Of a stretch of DNA of 64,000 nt, positions 28,264 through 36,419 are shown one piece after another. Both the position numbers and the translations under genes were made by a program. Below the pieces are notes generated by a model. It ran no database searches. It saw nothing but the letters and a program-made list of their open reading frames with translations, and had not been told where the DNA came from. This DNA is from a bacterium (GTDB lineage Bacteria; Patescibacteriota; Microgenomatia; UBA8517): assembly GCA_021790215.1 (NCBI GenBank), contig JAJYIG010000001.1:194-64193 (forward strand), written 5' to 3'. Each line of letters starts with the position of its first letter. Position 1 is the stretch's first letter.

Positions 28264-29559
28264 CTAAGATAGTCTATTTTGAAAGTATTCGGAAAGTTTG
28301 TCAACTGCAAGCCTTTCCTGCTTTGCACTATCTCTATCACGAATCGTCACAGTCCCATCATCAAGTGTCTGAAAATCAATCGTAACACACCATGGAGTTC
28401 CAATCTCATCCTGTGCAAAATAGCGCTTTCCGATATTTCCACGGTCATCCCATGTAACCACAAAATTCTTTTTCAGGGTTTGATAAATTTCCCGGGCCTT
28501 TGCAACCAAATCGGGTTTATTGGCAAGAAGAGGAAAAACTGCAACTTTATAGGGAGCAAGTCGAGGGTCTAATTTTAAATAAACACGAAGTTCTGAACCC
28601 GCCGATAAATCTTCTCTATAAGCATCAATTAGGAAAAATAGAGCCGCCCGGTCAACTCCACCCGAGGTCTCAATAACCCAGGGCGTATATTCCTCACCCG
28701 TCTGATTATCGTGATATGAAAGCTTGTGATTCCCCAAATCATAGTCACCCCTATGATGAATTCCCTCCATTTCGCTCCATCCGAAAGGAGCCTGATATTC
28801 AATATCTGTTGCGTACCTTGCATAGTGAGCCCTTTTTTCCGGCTCGTGATCGTGAAAATGAAGCTTCGAGTCATCCATTCCTAAACTTTTATACCAATTT
28901 AGTCTAACTTCCTTGAATTCCTCAAAAGTCTTAGCACTGCTATCTTCATCCGGTCTCACAAAATACTCCAACTCCATCTGTTCAAATTCGCGCGAACGGA
29001 AAGTAAGATTCCCCGGAGTAATTTCGTTTCTGAACGCTTTTCCTATTTGGGCAATACCAAAGGGAATTTTAACACGGGTTGAATCAACCACATTTTTAAA
29101 GTTAACAAAGACTCCCTGAGTAATCTCACCACGGAGATAAGATTTCTCTTTAGGTTCGGTGGTTCCCAAAAGAACCTCCGTCATCAAATTAAAAGTTTTC
29201 GGTTCGCTCCACTCAACTTCTTCTTTGTGTGTTTTCTCGTGATCCTTTATTGCCCCTTCGTTGTCTGCGCGAACCCTTTTGTGGCAAACTTTGCATTCAA
29301 CAAGAGGGTCTGTGAAAGCTTGCAGGTGTCCCGATTTTTCCCAAACAATCGGGTTCATGATAATTGCAGCGTCTATCCCTACAACATCTTCCCGGCTATA
29401 AACCATACTTTTCCACCACTCACGCTTTAAATTGTTCTTAAATTCCACACCGGCAGGCCCATAATCCCAAAAACCTTGATAACCGCCGTAGATTTCACTA
29501 CCCGGGTAAATAAAACCTCTCCTTTTTGCAAGAGAAGTAATTTTTTCCATTAAATCCAT
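28264..29559 (-). CDS. glyQS: Glycyl-tRNA synthetase (dimeric alpha2 type)
   Basis: N-terminus MEKITSLAKRRGFIYPGSEIYGGYQGFWDYGPAGVEFKNN is the conserved GlyRS-alpha2 start; class II aaRS core. Confidence 0.92.
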   Translation of the reverse strand: MDLMEKITSLAKRRGFIYPGSEIYGGYQGFWDYGPAGVEFKNNLKREWWKSMVYSREDVVGIDAAIIMNPIVWEKSGHLQAFTDPLVECKVCHKRVRADNEGAIKDHEKTHKEEVEWSEPKTFNLMTEVLLGTTEPKEKSYLRGEITQGVFVNFKNVVDSTRVKIPFGIAQIGKAFRNEITPGNLTFRSREFEQMELEYFVRPDEDSSAKTFEEFKEVRLNWYKSLGMDDSKLHFHDHEPEKRAHYARYATDIEYQAPFGWSEMEGIHHRGDYDLGNHKLSYHDNQTGEEYTPWVIETSGGVDRAALFFLIDAYREDLSAGSELRVYLKLDPRLAPYKVAVFPLLANKPDLVAKAREIYQTLKKNFVVTWDDRGNIGKRYFAQDEIGTPWCVTIDFQTLDDGTVTIRDRDSAKQERLAVDKLSEYFQNRLS

Positions 29560-29648
29560 AATTAAGAAGAATTATAACAGCATTCAAGAATGTACAGCAA
29601 TCCCATTACCCACCTGAGTTGAAAGCCGATATGTCATTCAGCAGAATG

Positions 29649-30131
29649 TCACATTCCCTGCGTATTCAAAATCCAAATGGAGAAATTAAGAATTGTGGCA
29701 AAGCTAACCCAAATGATATAGGGATAAAGCAAATAGCTTGCGGTTTTGTCCACTTTTGCAAATGCTCCAATGGTTTTGACTATATAAACCCACATCAGAA
29801 CAATAATAATTAAGGCAATAAAAATACTTTTGGCACCGAAAAATGTCGGCGACCAGATTGCATTTAAGACCATCTGAACTCCAAACACGAAAATCGCATC
29901 GCGCACTTTTTTGGTTTTTAATCCTCTCTTCCAAATCAGATAAAAAGAAACTCCCATAAGAATATAAAGAAGAGTCCAGACTGGAGCAAAAAGCCAATTG
30001 GGTGGACTAAAATAAGGTTTATTCAGATTTGTATACCATGTGGAAATTGCTGGTGCTGTAAAGAAAGATCCTAAAAAACCAATTAGAAGCGGAACTATCA
30101 GCGAAACCACGAACTTGACAAATTTATTCAT
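29649..30131 (-). CDS. tspO: TspO/MBR family tryptophan-rich sensory protein
   Basis: 161 aa from the internal Met (MNKFVKF...). Five-TM with PPNWLFAPVWTLLYILMGVSFYLIW. The listed ORF (to 30332) extends over the divergent promoter, so I use 30131 as the start. Confidence 0.75.
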   Translation of the reverse strand: MNKFVKFVVSLIVPLLIGFLGSFFTAPAISTWYTNLNKPYFSPPNWLFAPVWTLLYILMGVSFYLIWKRGLKTKKVRDAIFVFGVQMVLNAIWSPTFFGAKSIFIALIIIVLMWVYIVKTIGAFAKVDKTASYLLYPYIIWVSFATILNFSIWILNTQGM

Positions 30132-30151
30132 TAGAATAACCTTTATATTAC

Positions 30152-30159
30152 TGTATAAT
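30152..30159 (+). promoter_or_regulatory. Extended -10 (TGTATAAT) 9 nt upstream of the LCP-gene ATG, suggesting a leaderless transcript
   Basis: Plus-strand TGTATAAT matches the TGnTATAAT consensus; the ATG is at 30169. Confidence 0.35.
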
Positions 30160-30168
30160 ATCCACCAT

Positions 30169-31236
30169 ATGTTTTCAAACAGATTTTTCTCCAAACGAAA
30201 TATTTTACTTGGAATTTTATTTCTAGGTATCTTCGCCTTTGGTTTTATCGTTACGACTTGGGGCATGAAACTTTCAAAGATGTTTGTAAAAAATCCTGTT
30301 TCGGCAACTACGGTTGCGGCAACTCCCAACACATTCTCGCAGGCGACCCCTGCTCCAATAGACCAAGTAAGTACCCAAAAAGGGGTCTATAACGTTATTC
30401 TTTTGGGCTACGGAGGGGCGGGGCATGCCGGTGCACTTCTTACAGATAGTATGATCATTGTCCATGTTGATACAAACACCAAAAAGGCAGCATTAATCTC
30501 CGTACCAAGAGATCTTTGGGTTCCCGGAAATACAAAGGTAAATGCGATCGGATCAATCAATGGTTTTCAGAATGTAGGACCGATGGTTAAAAGTATTACT
30601 GGACTCCCCATAAATTATTTTGTTTCTGCGGACTTCGGGAGCTTTATAAAACTTGTTGACAACCTAGGCGGAATTACCGTTCAAGTTCCTGTAACTTTCA
30701 ACGATCCTTTTTATCCAATCACCGGTCAGGAGAATAACACATGTGGATTTTCGGCAGATCAAATTAAATCTCTCGAGGCAAAATACTCGGGATATCAACT
30801 GGAGACCCAATTTACCTGTCGATATGAACACCTGCATTTTGATAAAGGGCCGGTAAATCTCGACGGCACAACCGCCCTCAAATACGTCCGGTCACGCCAC
30901 GGAGACAGCGATTTTGCCAGATCTTTAAGACAATTCTCTGTTCTTATCGGTATAGAAAACAAACTGATTTCTCTGAAGTCGCTGGGAAAATTTGATGAAA
31001 CAATAAACACCATTAGCGGAATGGTCAAAACAGATCTTGATGCCGGAACGATCAAAACTCTCATTCAGGTTTTTGGAGATCCCGGAGCATACCAGATTAA
31101 CCAAATCCAACTGACAACCGAGAACGTCTTAAATCAAACTACAAGTTCCGACGGGCAGTATATTCTTGTGCCCAAGTCCGGAAACTTTAACTTCAGCGGA
31201 GTGCAAGCATATATTAACGAAAACCTCAACAAATAA
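30169..31236 (+). CDS. LytR-CpsA-Psr (LCP) family glycopolymer phosphotransferase
   Basis: Start at the internal Met (MFSNRFF...) preceding the TM anchor. LCP core VYNVILLGYGGAGHAGALLTDSMIIVHVDTNTKKAALISVPRDLWV. The listed ORF began at GTG 30040. Confidence 0.8.
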   Translation: MFSNRFFSKRNILLGILFLGIFAFGFIVTTWGMKLSKMFVKNPVSATTVAATPNTFSQATPAPIDQVSTQKGVYNVILLGYGGAGHAGALLTDSMIIVHVDTNTKKAALISVPRDLWVPGNTKVNAIGSINGFQNVGPMVKSITGLPINYFVSADFGSFIKLVDNLGGITVQVPVTFNDPFYPITGQENNTCGFSADQIKSLEAKYSGYQLETQFTCRYEHLHFDKGPVNLDGTTALKYVRSRHGDSDFARSLRQFSVLIGIENKLISLKSLGKFDETINTISGMVKTDLDAGTIKTLIQVFGDPGAYQINQIQLTTENVLNQTTSSDGQYILVPKSGNFNFSGVQAYINENLNK

Positions 31237-31241
31237 ACCTT

Positions 31242-32078
31242 TTAATCAGGAAGAATATATATATCCTGCCTGGTATCGCTTACTCCCACCAGCTCCCCCT
31301 CTCCTTTAAGAATTCTTTCGTATGGCCTACAGGTGGAACACCCTCCTTTGGGACATTTGAAATGATTAATTTGCCTTGCAAGCTTTATCCTTCGGGCAAT
31401 AGTCATTACTTTCTCGAAAGATTCATTCATATTGGGCAGTTTTTTTTCAATAGGACCTTCATCTTTATCCAAATACCAATATGAGGCTCCTGAGACCTTT
31501 TTACTCTGGGTATTTGTCGCAAGAAGTAAATAAATGGGTAGCTGGAGTGAATCTTCCCTCTCTTCATTTTTCCCGGTTTTAAAGTCAATAATATGGACAC
31601 TGTCGTCTTCTTCCCGATATTCCAACCAATCAATCTTTCCACAAAGAATAATTCCTTCCCCTTCATCCAGCCAATAATTCGGCAGATTCATTTTTGACTT
31701 AATTTTTATAGCTTTTTCCATAATTGGGCCGGGATTTTCCTGCAAATTCATAAGCATTTGAACTGCCCTGTCCCGATAGGCAATTTCTGTTTCGTGGTTC
31801 AAAAAACCACCTTTCTTACCGGTAACTTTAAGCCAGACAGGATCCAGTTTTTTAACCAAAGAAATTTTTAACCTTTCTTCAACCGGCAGGGTTGCAAGAG
31901 ACTCAATAACTTCATGGACAGCCTGTCCCAGTGCCATAGGATGAGTCACAATCGCCATTTTGTGGCCTGTTCTTGGGTCTTTGTAGACATTTCGCAAGTA
32001 ATAAGCCCTCGGACATTTTAAGAAATCGGAAATTGAGGAGTGTGAAACCCAAACTGCAGAATATTTATCCCCTGTCAT
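31242..32078 (-). CDS. Cas4-like PD-(D/E)XK nuclease with a 4-Cys Fe-S cluster (RecB nuclease-domain family), standalone
   Basis: N-terminal SISDFLKCPRAYYL (Cys1). Catalytic GKIDWLEY...IIDFKTGK (D...E/D-x-K, motif III hhDFKTG). QLPIYLLL (QhxxY). C-terminal CPKGGCSTC (Cys2-4). No CRISPR array or other cas genes in the window. Confidence 0.7.
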   Translation of the reverse strand: MTGDKYSAVWVSHSSISDFLKCPRAYYLRNVYKDPRTGHKMAIVTHPMALGQAVHEVIESLATLPVEERLKISLVKKLDPVWLKVTGKKGGFLNHETEIAYRDRAVQMLMNLQENPGPIMEKAIKIKSKMNLPNYWLDEGEGIILCGKIDWLEYREEDDSVHIIDFKTGKNEEREDSLQLPIYLLLATNTQSKKVSGASYWYLDKDEGPIEKKLPNMNESFEKVMTIARRIKLARQINHFKCPKGGCSTCRPYERILKGEGELVGVSDTRQDIYILPD

Positions 32079-32098
32079 ATTCCGATTATATCAAACAA

Positions 32099-33016
32099 TC
32101 ACCTGGTGAGATTTTTCTTTAAATTAAAGTCTGGCTTTCTAACAAAAATAAAAATCATTCCCGCAGCAAACACAACGATTCCTATCCAAATCCAGACACC
32201 GATTGCCTCTTGAATCACAGGAGGAAGCAGTATCCTCGCAATCATATCTCCAATAGTTGTCGTCTGGCTCATTCCATCCGCCATACTTAAGTTTGCAAAT
32301 ATGATAAGCCGATAAAGAACTATTGTTAAAAGTCCTGAAATAAGATAGGTGATCCCCAAAAACGTAAATCTTTTTCCCGATTTAGTGAGGAGAATTAGTA
32401 AAACCGTGAACAAAAGAATAAGAAACACGCTCCCAAAAAACAGAAGATTAACACTTCTTCCAAATTGTGAGACTCCTTTGTAGTCAAAACTTCCTGGGCT
32501 TACATCAAATTTAGTAAGAAGGAGGCTGATAGGCATGGAGTCTTGCATTCCCAAAAGATTATCCGGCAAGAGACTCCTGGGAATCTTATTTATAGGCACG
32601 TAAACATTCCAATCAGCCGCTTTTCCGTTTGCATAACCTAAAATATTTACGACATTTTTATCGATAAGATCTTTCAGATTTCCGGAAGTAATGAGATCTG
32701 TGATAACTTTTACATCACTCACATTTCCCCCGCTGCTATTTATTTTGTCATCAAGATTATTTCTTAAAACAGTTGCCAAACTCTGATAAACGTCATACTT
32801 CGTAAAAGTTACCTGCCAAAACTTAACATCCAAAAGTTGAAATTTTGCTGTTCCGGTAACAATAGCAACTAAGAAGATGGGGATAAAAAAGATAGCTAGT
32901 AACAATTTCGCCACAAATTTCATTGCAAGATTAGTATACAATGAAAAGACGAAGGGTGGTGATAAATATGGCAGGATACTACGGACACATAGAAAAAGAC
33001 ACCAAGGAAAATTCAT
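32099..33016 (-). CDS. Hypothetical membrane protein (N-terminal TM, extracytoplasmic domain, C-terminal TM bundle)
   Basis: Likely starts at the internal Met near 32923 (MKFVAKLLLAIFF...); no recognisable domain. Confidence 0.5.
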   Translation of the reverse strand: MNFPWCLFLCVRSILPYLSPPFVFSLYTNLAMKFVAKLLLAIFFIPIFLVAIVTGTAKFQLLDVKFWQVTFTKYDVYQSLATVLRNNLDDKINSSGGNVSDVKVITDLITSGNLKDLIDKNVVNILGYANGKAADWNVYVPINKIPRSLLPDNLLGMQDSMPISLLLTKFDVSPGSFDYKGVSQFGRSVNLLFFGSVFLILLFTVLLILLTKSGKRFTFLGITYLISGLLTIVLYRLIIFANLSMADGMSQTTTIGDMIARILLPPVIQEAIGVWIWIGIVVFAAGMIFIFVRKPDFNLKKNLTR

Positions 33017-33351
33017 TTTTTCGAAAAGTTCTTTTCACCGCCCCCCATTCTCAACTTGTTCTAATGTCACTAAAGCCAAATGAAGAAATAGGAATGGAGG
33101 TTCACCCCGATAATGACCAATTTTTCAGATTTGAGATAGGTCAGGGAAAAGTAATTATTGCGGACGAAGAGTTTTCAGTTGCCGATGGAGATACCGTAAT
33201 TGTTCCGGCAGGACAAATGCATAATGTTATTAATACATCCCAAACTGAAGAACTAAAGCTTTACACAATTTACTCACCGGCACATCATCCGGATGGAACC
33301 ATCCATAAAACGAAGGAGGAAGCTTTGGCGGCAGAAAAGGAAGAAGGGTAG
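32941..33351 (+). CDS. Cupin-fold (cupin_2) small protein
   Basis: Two cupin motifs, G(X)5HPDNDQFF and GDTVIVPAGQMHNVINTS. Probable start is the Met at 32968 (MAGYYGH...). Confidence 0.6.
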   Translation: MKRRRVVINMAGYYGHIEKDTKENSFFRKVLFTAPHSQLVLMSLKPNEEIGMEVHPDNDQFFRFEIGQGKVIIADEEFSVADGDTVIVPAGQMHNVINTSQTEELKLYTIYSPAHHPDGTIHKTKEEALAAEKEEG

Positions 33352-33619
33352 TAATAATTTTGTTTGAAAATCTTCCGGTAAGGGTGTAAAATCTCCCCTT
33401 ATGAAAACTTGCGAAACCCTCGACCAGTTACGCCAAATCAATGTTATATCAAAGAACGGGTTACCTGATGTGTGCTGCGGATGTTCCAGCAATCTGGAGC
33501 CCGATAGGTGTCCTGTCGTAAGGTTTGCAGCCAAACTCGATCATAATAGCAGAAGTAGAGATTGGCAAAAAAGCGATGAGCCCATTGCTTATTGAGTACC
33601 AAGATCTCATTTCCCTCTA

Positions 33620-34222
33620 TCAAAAAAGACTTGTTTGAATTTCGTCTTTTTCCTTCGGATAACTAAAATCCAACTTAATCTCATGAGACTCGTTCCAGAA
33701 ATCTTTATATCGCAGAACTCCATTTTTTAGAACATAGTCATAAAGGTCGCGGGTTATGATTACGTCCATCTCACAATATTTCTTTAGTTTGGCCAACGAT
33801 TCCCTAGTTCCCTCATTCCAATATTTTATTGCATTTTCACCGCTGTCGTTTTTCTTGCTGCCTAGCGTTGCCTTAGCTAAAGAGTCCAGAGACATTCTTT
33901 TACCCCAGGTCTTTTTAATGGAATCCAGGATGTCGAAATGTTTCAATTTAGACCAGTGAGATGGCAAATACGGCGAAAGGGCGGGAACATCAAAATTGAT
34001 TGAATTAAAGCCGATTATTCTATCCGCTTTCTCAAAAAGTTTAAACATCTCATTAAAATCCTTTTCCCAAAAGCTTTGCATCTTGCCTTCAACTTCGCTC
34101 AAATTTTTATCAAGCGTCCTTGTATATACCGAGGTTATTGAAACACCGAGCTTTGCCGGATCGTTTCCGTTTGTCTCATCAAAAAATGTTTTGGTCTCTG
34201 TATCGAAAATCACTTCAAACAT
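33620..34222 (-). CDS. DEDD-family 3'-5' exonuclease (DnaQ/PolB-exo-like, RNase H-like fold)
   Basis: 200 aa. Exo I IFDTETK, Exo II IIGFNSINFDVP, Exo III YCEMDVIITRDLY (Y-x3-D). Confidence 0.6.
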   Translation of the reverse strand: MFEVIFDTETKTFFDETNGNDPAKLGVSITSVYTRTLDKNLSEVEGKMQSFWEKDFNEMFKLFEKADRIIGFNSINFDVPALSPYLPSHWSKLKHFDILDSIKKTWGKRMSLDSLAKATLGSKKNDSGENAIKYWNEGTRESLAKLKKYCEMDVIITRDLYDYVLKNGVLRYKDFWNESHEIKLDFSYPKEKDEIQTSLF

Positions 34223-34261
34223 ATGTATGTAAACAATAATTTTAGCATAATGAGGAACAAA

Positions 34262-35029
34262 TTAGTGCTTCTTCAAAACATAACTGAGGATAAACATGGC
34301 AACGGCAACAAGTATCACAATTGGACCCGAAGAAGCGTTAAAATTTCTGGCAACTAATATTCCGATAACCGACGCAACTACCCCTGCTCCGATAGACAGA
34401 TACTGATATGAAGTAATACTGCGTGCCAAATTTTTAGCGGTTGCTGCTGGTATAATAACCATAGCTCCGGTTAGTATAGTACCCAAGAATTTAACCCCAA
34501 GAGCCACAACTAAGGCAACAAGAAGTAGGTAGACCAAATTAATTTTATTAATATTGATTTTTTGGGCCTTGGCTAAATCTTCCGAAACAACCCCTAAAAG
34601 AAGCTTCTTGGAAATTGCAAGCGTAACCGCAAAAATGATAATTGCACCAATCATAGTTAAGATGCCATCAGTAAAGCCGATTTTGTCAATATTTCCAAAA
34701 AGTGCCTCCAGAAGATCCGGTTCCGGAGTAAGAAGAAGCCCTATCGAAAGACTGGCGGTAAAAAACACTCCCACTAAAGCCTCCGGATAAACTTCTGAGT
34801 GCTCCGATAGATACCAAATTCCAAAAGTGGCAACGACTAAAGCAATGAGCGCACCAAGAATGGGGTTTATTCCAAAAGTGAGTGCAATTGCGATTCCGGG
34901 TAATGCTACGTGGCTTAAAGCATCTCCAACCAAAGACATGCGTTTAATAACCATAAAACTTCCCAAAAGTCCGCTTGTAGCGCCAACTAAGATTCCTATA
35001 AAAAGCAGGAATGGTAAATTAATGGTCAT
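34262..35029 (-). CDS. znuB: ABC-3 family metal (Zn/Mn) importer permease
   Basis: 255 aa polytopic; LGSFMVIKRMSLVGDALSHVALPGIA is typical of ZnuB/MntB permeases. Confidence 0.8.
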   Translation of the reverse strand: MTINLPFLLFIGILVGATSGLLGSFMVIKRMSLVGDALSHVALPGIAIALTFGINPILGALIALVVATFGIWYLSEHSEVYPEALVGVFFTASLSIGLLLTPEPDLLEALFGNIDKIGFTDGILTMIGAIIIFAVTLAISKKLLLGVVSEDLAKAQKININKINLVYLLLVALVVALGVKFLGTILTGAMVIIPAATAKNLARSITSYQYLSIGAGVVASVIGILVARNFNASSGPIVILVAVAMFILSYVLKKH

Positions 35030-35786
35030 GATGGGTGTGATGCTCGTGATGGCTATAAATTGACTCTATATCTGCATGTTTATAGAAAGTAATTCCTTCT
35101 CCATACATTTTAATTAGAGCTTTCTTATCAACAACCTCTTTGGGAGGACCAAAGCAGATTTCAGATTTATTTAGACAAAGAGCAGTCGTCGCGTGCTGAT
35201 AAACAATTTCAAGCTCGTGGGAAATAAATATAATTGTTAAATCGGATTTCGCCTGAAGTTTATGAATAAGGCTATAAACAGTTTCTTCACCGGCAACATC
35301 AACTCCGACAGTAGGTTCATCAAAAAGTAAAACATTAGGATTGCCCAAAAGGGCATAGGCAATTAAGACTCTCTGAAATTCCCCGCCAGAAAGATCCCCA
35401 ATTGAAGTTGACAAAACCCTCAAGTCATTATGCAAGTGACTGGCGTTTTCCAAAAAACCTACTTCCCTCAAAGCATTATCAATTTGCCGCTGGTCATTCT
35501 CTTTTAAACTTAAAAATTCACGGACAGTAAGAGGCAAGTCCTTTTCTACAGCCAACCTTTGGGGAACATAACCAATTTTTACATCTGGCGCCCAGGTAAT
35601 TGTACCCTCAAATGGAATTAACCCTAGAATTGCCCGAAAAAGAACCGTCTTACCAGCCCCGTTCGGTCCAATAATCGCTAGGGTATCATCTCTTTTTACA
35701 TCAAAGCTCACATTTTCAAGAATAATATGACCGTCAAATTTAACGTTCAAACCGGAGACTTTAAGAATACTTGAATCTTCTCGCAT
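35019..35786 (-). CDS. znuC: ABC metal importer ATP-binding subunit with a His-rich C-terminal tail
   Basis: Walker A GPNGAGKT, signature LSGGEFQRV, Walker B LLFDEPTVGVD, and tail HHEHHTHHDH. Confidence 0.85.
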   Translation of the reverse strand: MREDSSILKVSGLNVKFDGHIILENVSFDVKRDDTLAIIGPNGAGKTVLFRAILGLIPFEGTITWAPDVKIGYVPQRLAVEKDLPLTVREFLSLKENDQRQIDNALREVGFLENASHLHNDLRVLSTSIGDLSGGEFQRVLIAYALLGNPNVLLFDEPTVGVDVAGEETVYSLIHKLQAKSDLTIIFISHELEIVYQHATTALCLNKSEICFGPPKEVVDKKALIKMYGEGITFYKHADIESIYSHHEHHTHHDH

Positions 35787-35830
35787 TAACTTATTCTACA
35801 GTTTAGGAGCTGTTTATTCCATGGCGGATC

Positions 35831-36379
35831 TCAATCTTCAGAGATTTTCTTACCTACGCGCTTAGAATAAACCTGCCTTTCAATAACTTCCTCAAGTTGC
35901 CCATCCGGATCTGGAAGTTCCTTATCCTTCGGCCAAAAACCGAGGAGTGTCAAAATTTCGGTAATAAAATCAAAACGCAACTTTTTTAACTTTTTGCTCA
36001 CTTTCAATTCTTCTAAATATCTCTGAAGCAAATCAAAAAGTTCCTGATTCGGTTCCAGTTCCCGCGTTACCTTACTTGTCACTTCCACAAAATAATATGC
36101 GAGAGAAACTTTCTTGAGGCTCTTTCTGATTTCCGAATAATTATCGGTGACTTCCGCCTCTGTCATAATATCAAACCCGTGCGAAGAAACAGCCTGAAAT
36201 TTTATTAGGTTAAAAATCTCCAAGTGTCCTCTTTTCCGGCTATTTGGACGCCTGATACCTTTTGCAATCAAAGTAACTCTGCCTAAATCTTTAGAATAGA
36301 CAGAAAGAATCCTATCCGCCTCGCCATAATTTTTACGGGCGAGAATGATGCCTTCTGATTTATAATTATGTGGTCTCAC
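35831..36379 (-). CDS. recO: DNA repair protein RecO (short form, N-terminal OB-fold; no C-terminal Zn module)
   Basis: MRPHNYKSEGIILARKNYGEADRILSVYSKDLGRVTLIAKGIRRPNSRKRGHLEIF follows the RecO N-terminal consensus (EGIVLRxRxYGESDRIL...GKV..VAKGARR..S). Confidence 0.7.
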   Translation of the reverse strand: MRPHNYKSEGIILARKNYGEADRILSVYSKDLGRVTLIAKGIRRPNSRKRGHLEIFNLIKFQAVSSHGFDIMTEAEVTDNYSEIRKSLKKVSLAYYFVEVTSKVTRELEPNQELFDLLQRYLEELKVSKKLKKLRFDFITEILTLLGFWPKDKELPDPDGQLEEVIERQVYSKRVGKKISED

Positions 36380-36419
36380 TGAAGACTCTATACCTTATTC
36401 TATCTCAATAATCAACAAT

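Noticed and set aside
28629-28874. Same-strand alternative-frame ORF (81 aa) inside glyQS
   Set aside because: An out-of-frame overlap inside a highly conserved aaRS; nothing suggests a nested gene.
29645-29657. Perfect palindrome GAATGTCACATTC
   Set aside because: It overlaps the TspO stop codon and coding end. It is short and AT-rich, so probably chance or a weak terminator stem, and there is no U-tract.
33401-33595. 64-aa Cys-containing ORF in the convergent intergenic region
   Set aside because: Not called as a CDS. The SD-like AAGGG lies too far (17 nt) from the ATG, the composition is atypical, and the region may instead be a structured RNA. It is reported as a finding.
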